This document shows, one piece after another, positions 55,701-64,000 of a stretch of DNA of 64,000 nucleotides. A program made the position numbers and the translations under genes. The stretch comes from Azolla caroliniana (taxonomy: Eukaryota; Plantae; Polypodiophyta), in contig JBHGNT010000004.1 of assembly GCA_043228905.1 (NCBI GenBank), positions 5,270,001-5,334,000 of the forward strand, written 5' to 3'. The first letter of the stretch is position 1, and every line of letters begins with the position of its first letter. The notes under the pieces are model-generated. The model had not been told where the DNA came from and ran no database searches. It worked only from the letters and a program-made list of their open reading frames with translations.

Positions 55701-57870
55701 TGGAGGGTTCGTCTCAACAAATCATTGTCTATAATGATCACAAAAATCTAATGTACTTCCAAAGTGCTCGAGTCTTGAGTCGTCGACAAGCTCATTGGGC
55801 GCAATTTTTAACTCGTTTTGATTTCGTAATTCTATATCGGCTTGGGACGCAACAAGGCAAAACAGATGCTTTATCTCGGCGTTCATGTATGGAACTTCAA
55901 CCAAGAGAGGCCGCATTTGAAAGTCAGAAGCAAATCCTTTTGGGTCCTGACCGTCTACGACCAATGGCTTTTCATGCTATAGATACACCCAGGGATTCAA
56001 GTCTTCTGGACTTCATTCGGGAGCATTTTGAGATTGATGAATTCGCCCAAAGATATTCTAAACCATATTATCCCAGATCGTGCTTCTTGTTCACAATCTC
56101 AAAATCCTCGTCAAGACTACAACCAGTTCAATTGGCATGATGGTTTACTTTTTCGACAAAATCTCTTATATGTGCTTGATGGTCCTTCTCGACTCCAAGT
56201 CTTGCAACAATGTCATGACACACCAATGGCTGGACATTTTGGCATCCACAAGACTTTGGCGTTAATTTCTCGAAGGTATTGGTGGCCATGACTTCGCCAT
56301 TTTGTTACGGATTATGTTCGTAGTTGTGATACATGTTGCCGATCCCAAAAACCTCGACATCATCCATATGGCTTATTACAGCCAATGCCTATTCCTGAGA
56401 GTCCATGGAAATCTATTTCATTGGACTTCATTACGGATCTACCACCTTCCAAGGGTTTTGATTCTATTCTCACGGTAGTAGATCGTTTTACCAAGATGGC
56501 ACATTTTCTTCCTTGCACAAAGGCCATTACGAGCCAAGAGACAACCGAGTTACTCATGCGAGAGGTGTTTCGGCATCATGGTCTTCCTGATGATATTATC
56601 AGTGATCGGGGTCCCTAGTTCATCTCAAAATTTTGGCGGCACATGTTCAAACTCTTACATACTTCTTGCAAACTCTCTTCCAACTACCATCCAAAAACTA
56701 ACGGACAGAGTGAGCGCACCAACCAAATAGTAGAACAATATCGTCGTTGTTTGGTTGCTATCAACAAGATGATTGGGTTGATCTATTACATTTGGTGGAA
56801 TTTGCTTACAACAACTCAGAACATTCTTCTACTGGATATTCCCCATTTTTTGCAAACATTGGGTACCATCATCGTTGGACTATGCTTGAACATCCCGAAA
56901 TCCCGACAAACCCGGCTACTGAAGATCGGCCCACCCGACTCCAAGAAGTTCAAGATATCCTTTTGCACCATTTATGTGATGCTCAAAACACTCAAAAGAA
57001 GGTTGCCGACCGTCATCGACGTGATTCATTGACTACGTTTCAAGTGGGAGATCGAGTATGGCTTTTACAATGTCGCATTAAAACAACCCGACCTTGCTAC
57101 AAATTGGATATCTAGTAAGATCAATGATGTGGCATTTTGCCTTGATCTTCCCCCTCATATGCATCTTCACCCGGTCTTCCATGTTTCACTTTTGGAGCCA
57201 TATACAACTAGCTCTATTCCAGGTCGTCTTACATCTCCCCCACCTCCAATCAAAGTTCCGGATGGCTCCGAATATGAAGTTGCTGCCATTCTCGACTCCA
57301 AGATCGTTCGCAAGAAACTATATTATTTGGTTGATTGGTTAGGTTATACACCTAATGATCGAACATGGGAAACTCTTGAGAATCTTTCTAATGCCTCCGA
57401 AATGGTTGCTGCCTTTCACAACAAATATCCTCATAAGCCAAATCTGAAATCTTGTCTTCCGACTCGTGGAACTCGTCGTCGAAAAGGGGGGATAATGTCC
57501 TGACGACATACATTTTGGCCTTCCAAGGTTTCGAGCCCAAGACGTCTTGGTCTATATGTTAGACCTTTAACCATTATACTAACATATATGATGTATAATT
57601 ATAATAAATGTATTATTAGTTATTACAAGATATTTAGAGTATTCTAGAACATTTTAGAATATTCAAGAACATTCTAGAGTATTCTAGAACATTCCACGAT
57701 ATTCCATGATTATATTAAATATCATAAATATCTAAAATATTCTAGAACATTCTAGAATACTCCATAAGGACCTATAAATAGGTGTCTATCATTCATCACA
57801 ACTCATTCGGTTCAACACCAGTTTGTAGCCCCTTAGCCTACTCTTTGTAATCCTTGCTCACTTATAATAT

Positions 57871-57921
<51 letters not shown>

Positions 57922-59653
57922 CTTCTATTTTCATCTTATTTTTCTCTCTCCTATTCTCAAGTCACGACAACGTCGAGGACCATTATCGGATGCTGAAAAG
58001 CAACGACGGCGAGCGAATCGTCTATGCGTCTATTGTGGTGGTCCAGGGCATATTGCTGTGAATTGTCCACATAAACCACGACGACAAGTTAACCAAGTAA
58101 GTCATCATGACACTTGGTGAGTTGCACTCGGCCAGAACTATCCTATTCTACGGGATTCTTATCTAGGTTTATGGAGAACCCTCGCCCTCATCATTGGGAA
58201 GCTTTGAAACATGTCATCTGCTACTTGAAATATTCAAGAGATATGACACTAACCTATAAAGCCTCATCTCTTTCCTCTAAACGAGACATGGTGGTCCTTC
58301 AAGGTTGGACAGATGTGGATTGGGGAGGTGACAGGGACACATCTCGGTCTACATCTGGTTTTGTTTCCACTTTTGCTGGTGGTGCCATTACATGGAGGAC
58401 CAAGAAACAAGCTACAGTGGCACTATCCTCCACCGAAGCAAAATATATTGCGGCTACTTTGGTGGCTAAGGAGGGACTTTGGCTACAGTCAATTTTTTCG
58501 GAACTTGACATCATCCACATAACCGAATTTCGACTTTGGTGTGATAACCAATCATGCATCAAGATTTCACGGAATCCTAAAATCACTGATCAAAATAAGC
58601 ATATTCAGGCTCGATATCATTTCTTGTGTGAATTATTTGAAGATGGCCTCTTGCAGATTGGTTATACTCCCACTCTTACCATGTGGGCTGATTTATTGAC
58701 AAAACCAGTCCCTTCTCTCAAACACTGGTCATGTTGTCAAAACATTGGCCTCAAGTGTGGTGTTGGTGTTAAGGGGGAGTGTTAGAAGTTATAATTAACT
58801 AATTAGATGTCAGTAAGCAACTACTTAGTTAATTACTAAATATAACCCCACACCCCAAGTTATTATTAGTAATAGGAAACAGTTTCACATTAGTTGTATT
58901 TCAGTTTTCTTATTAGGTTTATTTCAGTTTTTGTATTTCAAAAGCTTACCTCATTTTTTTTCCCTCCACTTCCTCTGCTATATAAAGAGGAAGCTAGGGA
59001 ACCTATTTGGTGTGCTATGCATCCTTGCATCCTTGCATCCTTTAGCCATCTCTCTCAGTTGTATTACCAACTTGTTTTTGTTAATCAAATTTCTGATTTG
59101 CATTCCACTTTGTTCCATCATTCCTGTTTGCCATAACCTTGTATCCTGTGTCAAAATCCTAACAGTGGCAATCCCGGCCATGTCATCTGCCACTGCTCGG
59201 TCCGGGGCCCCCAACACCAATGCCATCGTGTACGTCTTGCGGAGGTTCCTCGACAATAGGAAAACGACCAAGTCCGGGTGTAGTAGGAGCCATGCTGCTG
59301 GACGCTTCCCGTTACTCACCTTCTCCATGCTCCTACAAGTCCGTTCCGCCATTAGGAGGGTTTTCTTTGCAAGTAAGTCTTTGTTTTGGTTCGACTTCAA
59401 TACATTCTCATGCCTTGCTTAACTCCGGAGCATCTACTTGCTTTATCGATAAATCTTTTGTCTGTGCACATAATATCCCCACCGTCCGCACATCACAACC
59501 CATATCCGTTGAAGCAATCGACGGCCGGGTTCTCTCTTCAGGGGCGGTTACCGAAGCCACTATCCCGTTGGTACTTCAAGTTGGGGCGCATTAGGAGGAA
59601 CTCACGTTCTACCTCATTGCAACTCCCTAACATCCGATTGTCTTGGGGCTATC

Positions 59654-62600
59654 TGTTGGTAACGAGTGCGGTTTGAGGAAACGTGTGTGGATCTATTGTC
59701 GGTTTTGAATAACAAACAACATAGACAGAAAAAAGGAATGGGTGCGGACTTACACAGTCCAAGCTCTAATAGAAAGCTTTATTTCTTCGTTCTCACTCTC
59801 TCACTGTGATACAATGCACAGACACTTCGTCTCTCTGTCACTCGTCTTCTATACAATGTTAGGAATTCGCTTATATACTAAGCCCTAACTTATTGACGAG
59901 TTCACACTCAGACGGATACAACTTGGAAGGAGTCGGCCTTTTATGGCAACAAACTCCCCTGTAAAAGGACTACTCTTTCTTGCATGTACAAGTGTTTGGG
60001 GTTATCTCCCTTGTAAGCCTAGATTACAAAATTGGTCTAAGTTTATATGTTACAAGTTGGTTGGCATGCAGTCGAGTCGGCAGATGAATAGGATGTGTTG
60101 TTATTGTTCCGATCAGATCTTACCTTCTGCTCCTCGTTCGTCTTTCTTTTGCTCGGTCGCTTGTCGTAGCCCCATTTTCGTCCTTAGTGCTCCGAAGCGT
60201 AGATCTGGGAGTGGCTTCGTCAGGCAATCAATGATGTTCACCTCGGTGTCGATCTTTTGGACTTCGAGTTTCTTTTCGTTTACGAGCTTTCGGATATGAT
60301 GATACCGCACCTCAATGTGCTTCATCTTCGCATGATAGACGGTATTGTTGATGAGGCGTATTGCACTATGTGAGTCACAATAGATGGTCTGCGTTGGCCG
60401 ATCGTTTCGGTTTGTAGTTCCGAAGTCGGCAGTCAGTCGGTGCAGCCAGATCGCTTCCTTTGCTACTTCCGATGCTGTTATGTACTCGGCTTCGGTGGTA
60501 GACAGAGCCATGCACTCTTGAAGTTTCAACCTCCATGATATTACCCCGCCACCATGGGTGAAGATGTAGCTTGATGTCGATTTCTGATTATCTGCATTTC
60601 TGGCATAGTCGGAATCGGTGTAGCCTTCGACTTCGGCGGAGGTTGTCAGTCCGAAAGTAAGTTGTGCATCCAGGGTTCCTTTTAGATATCTAAGGATGTG
60701 CTTGACGACTTCCCAATGCTTCTTTCCTAGGTTTGACATGTACTGGCTGACCACCCCTACGACATAGGCTAGGTCGGGTCGGGTCGCCACCATTGTGTAC
60801 ATGATACTTCCTACTGCCGATGCGTATCTTTCCATTAAGTTCTCTCTCCTTGTCCGTCGAAGGAGAGTCTCTGTCCGATATTCCAATCGACGTCGGAAGC
60901 AGGTGTTGGTGCTAGCTTCGCATTCTCCATGTTGAAGCGCTTTAGCACCTTGCGGATGTATTCAGACTGGGAGAGTCGGAGAGTTTTGGTCGTTGGATTT
61001 CGCTCTATCCTCATGTCCAGTATGTGTCGGGCTTGTCCAAGTTCCTTCATCGCGAACTTTGCATGAAGGCTCCGCTTCAGCTTATCGATCTCTGCTTGAT
61101 TGCTTCCTGCAATCAACATGTCGTTGACGTATAGGATCAGATAGATCCTTGACTTGTCGGCTAGTTGCCGAACATACATGCATGGGTCAGAGTATGTCCT
61201 GTTGTATCCAAACTGCCGTATGTAGGAGTCAAATTTCTAGTACCACATTCTCGGCGCTTGTTTTAGGCCATATTTTCTTTAGTCGACATAAGAGGTGACT
61301 GTCCTCCCCCGTCGCCGTGAAGCCTACCGGTTGAAACATGTAAAGGTCTTCTTCTAGATCTCCGTGTAGGAATGTCGTCTTTACGTCCATCTGCCCGAGC
61401 TCTAGATCTTCTGTCGCCACGACTCCTAGTAGGAGTCGGAGGGTGGTCACCTTGACTACTGGTGAGACTATCTCATCGTAGTCGACCCCGTATTCCTGTT
61501 TGAATCCTTTTGTGACAAGTCGAGCTTTGTACTTGGGTTTCTCCGAGTCGGATACATACTTGTATCGGAAAACCCATTTGCAAGGTAGCGACTTCTTTCC
61601 AATTGGTAGTTCGACCAACTCCCATGTTTGATTTTGATGAATCGAGTCCATTTTGGATTTCATGGCTTGTAGCCATGTTTCGGCGTCCGATGCGGCCATA
61701 GCTTATTCATAGGTGCTTGGTTCGCCTGCATCCGTGTAGTTGACATAGTCGAGGTCCGGTTGGAAGAACTCTGTTTGCCTTCGAGCTCGTCCAGATCTCC
61801 TGTGTGCCAAGATGTTGGGTTCGGATCCTTCGATTAGCTTTGTTGGTCGATCGGTATTAGTTGAACCATCTGTATCAGGAGTCTTGTTAGGTGTCCTGCC
61901 CCCATATTGGGAATTCGACGGTGTTTGGTTGTCCTCCCCTGTGGTTGTTGTCGATTCTTTTCTAACTTGTCTCTTGGTGACTTTGCCTTTATCGACCCTG
62001 GTCGATTCGGCTGTGTCTTTGATGAGTCTTTGAGTTCGACGATTGGACTTGTTGCCGATTCGTTGTCGGCAGGGAAGTTGGTAGCTTGTTGGAGTTCGAC
62101 TGTTTATTGAGTCTCCAATTCGGCCTGGTGGGTCGGTCCTTCTATGACAGTGCTGTCATCTTCGAAGGATACCTTTTTACCAACTGTTTTCTGTTGGTTC
62201 CGCTGAGAGAAGATAGAATCTTCATTGAAGACTACGTCGCTGCTTTGGATCAATTTCCGGTTCTCAAGGTTCCATAGCTGGTAGCTGAAGCTCCCATCGG
62301 TTCCATAACTAAGAAATATGCACTTGGTTGCATGGGGTGCCAACTTCGTCCTTTTGTCCTTGGGGATGAACGTGTAGGCTTCACATCCGAATATACGGAG
62401 CCTATTGTAGGTCGGCTATTTGCCTGACCATAGTGCCTGTGGCACTTCGAGCCTGATTACTCTTGACGGCGTAAGATTTATCAGGTACACTGCCGTCTGC
62501 AATGCCTCGGCCCAGAATTCTAGCTTCAGTTCGGCCTGCTGGAGCATTGCCATCCTGGATCGTCCTGTTGATCTGTTCTGCCACTCCATTTTGCAGGGGT

Positions 62601-64000
62601 GTGTAGGGAATGGTCTTTTGGTGTCGAATCCCTTTTCTGGACAGGTACTGTTTGAAGGCTCTAGAGGTGTATTCACCTCTGTTGTCGGATCAGAGTGTCT
62701 TCACCCTGTATCCCGACTGGTTCTCCACTTCAGATATCCATCGAATGAAGATCTCGAGCGCTTCATCTTTGGACTTGATGGAGTATGCCCAAACTTTCCG
62801 CGTATAGTCATCTACGAATGTGATGAAGTAATGGGAGCCTCCTAGTGATCGCTCTGGCATGGGCCCACATATGTCTGTGTGCACGAGCTCTAGGGGCTAT
62901 CGTATCATCTCGTAGTGGAGAGAGTGCAAACTTTGGGTCTGTTTCCCATATCGACAATGCTCGCAGAAGTCCGTCTTTGCCTGGAGTTTCGGGATGTAAC
63001 CGACTGACATCAACCGATCAAGTCTGGCTTGAGACATGTAGCCGGTTCGGGTCGGTTTTCTCGGCTACGTTCACGGCCCCTTCAGGGTTGATCGCCATCA
63101 ATGGGTATAGATTATTATACTTGTGCCCATTACCGATTTTGAGGTTTCCTCGGCTGATCACCCATGTCGACTCGTGTAGAGTCGTTCGATACCCGTCTTC
63201 GGCTAACATGCCGATGGAGACCAGACTCCTCTTTAGATCGAGTACGTGCTGAACTCGGTGCAGGGTTATTGTGTTGCCATTTGGCAATCTGATGGGAACC
63301 TCTCCGGTTCCGGCTATCTTGCACTCTTGCTCGTTTCCCAATTAGATAGTGCCGTTGGCGTCGGCTGAATAGTTCGAGAACAATTCTATGTTGGGGGTCA
63401 CGTGAAATGTGGTGCTAGAGTCTAGTAGCCACGTGTGTGCAACTTGTGCATTGTAGAGGACTTCTCCAATCATTGAGTCCTCTAAGGAGAGGATTTCTCA
63501 GGATTGGGTGTCAGCAACATTGATCTGGTTGCCGACTGGAGAATGGTCCGAGTTGGAACGTCCCCGATTTCGCTCGTATCTTCGACCGCTCTCTTTTCTT
63601 TTTAATGACCAACAGTCAGAAACATTGTGGCCAACTTTCATGCAATGTGTGCAATACTCGCTTGATCGGCCCATTTTCGACTTTGACCGCTATCGGTCAC
63701 CCCTTGTTTTTGATCGATTGTAGTGTTGACCGGTTCTGTTGGCTTGTTCTTTCGTTCGACTCTGTGGGTCGAACGACTTGGTTGAGTGATGGGCTTCTAC
63801 TGACTCATCAATGGTTAGTCCCATTGATTTTCACCTGATGTCCTCTGTGAGGACTTGGCTGATTGTTTTGTCCAAGTTTAGGATCGGTTGGCTATTGGCA
63901 TTTGTTGTGCAGAATACCTCCCAACTCGCCGACAAGCTCGATAGGAGGGCAAGGGCTTTCACTTCTTCTTCGAAGTTGATCCCTTGTGACGAGAGCTCAG
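59654..64000 (-). mobile_element. Ty1/Copia element I (degenerate, 5' part outside the window); 3' LTR 59654-59951
   Basis: Inserted in the A protease (HPIVLGLS|); PPT AGGGGAG next to 59951. RNase H 60113-60886, RT 60835-61699, INT 62104-62884, PR/gag beyond 63000. Confidence 0.9.

Larger units (their letters stand above)
40800..57969 (+). mobile_element. Tcn1-like chromovirus D (degenerate); LTRs 40800-41260 and 57496-57969
   Basis: TSD ACGTC (40795-99/57970-74), PPT before 57496. Gag 41354-42081 and 53665-53983, PR LLDSGAN, RT YVDD, RH, INT, chromodomain (YEVAAILDS...YLVDWLGY); many stops and frameshifts. Confidence 0.93.
40341..58112. mobile_element. Palindromic gag-derived element F (597 bp after removing D): arm 40341-40621, spacer 40622-40656, arm 40657-40799 + 57975-58112
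   Basis: Inverted termini TGTCATGATGA...TCATCATGACA; TSD CTTGG (40336-40/58113-17) whose removal restores Copia B RYLVSCTRPE; the arms are reverse complements of each other and match D gag. Confidence 0.85.
29661..59164 (+). mobile_element. Ty1/Copia element B, complete but degenerate; LTRs 29661-30037 and 58780-59164
   Basis: Paired LTRs TGTTAG...CTAACA, TSD GTGGC (29656-60/59165-69), iMet PBS 30038-49, PPT AAGGGGGAG 58771-79. Gag/PR/INT at 30161-33008, RT at 39636-40340, RT/RNase H at 58118-58779. Confidence 0.95.
27854..59653 (+). mobile_element. Ty3/Gypsy chromovirus-like element A (degenerate host of the nest): LTR ~27854-28720, gag 28751-29660, resuming 59170-59653 (knuckle, protease)
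   Basis: The gag knuckle LCLYCG|NPGHVICHC is split exactly by B with TSD GTGGC. Protease LLNSGASTCFID. PBS TTGTTCACCTT is complementary to LTR AAGGTGAACAA. The LTR start is approximate. Confidence 0.8.

Noticed and set aside
40341-58112. A 17.8-kb DNA transposon with long TIRs
   Set aside because: No transposase is present. The interior is fully explained by nested LTR elements with their own TSDs, and the TIRs are gag-derived.

Overview
Land-plant genomic DNA, probably from a non-seed plant (inferred from the retrotransposon lineages and the TTTAGGG telomere motif). The first ~14 kb holds two minus-strand regulators. One is the 3.2-kb first exon of an OBERON3/4 (TITANIA)-type PHD-finger gene. 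The other is a five-exon GROWTH-REGULATING FACTOR (QLQ+WRC) gene with no recognisable miR396 site. 15-26 kb is AT-rich, decayed repeat sequence. 26-64 kb is a deep LTR-retrotransposon nest whose order can be read from target-site duplications (TSDs): chromovirus A > Copia B > {Gypsy C; palindromic element F > chromovirus D > Copia E > chromovirus G}, plus Copia H and I. The most unusual object is F. Once D is removed, F is a 597-bp near-perfect palindrome (two 281-bp arms) built from chromovirus gag sequence. It is capped at both ends by the LTR integrase attachment sequence and flanked by its own 5-bp TSD. It looks like an LTR-less, foldback/MITE-like parasite of a retrotransposon integrase and/or a hairpin 'killer' locus. 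Other notable items: an inverted copy of the F/D junction inside D; telomere-repeat filler at a deletion in C; outward-facing tRNA-like Pol III boxes and heat-shock-element arrays in the chromovirus LTRs; self-priming PBSs; and a conserved -1 frameshift signal.
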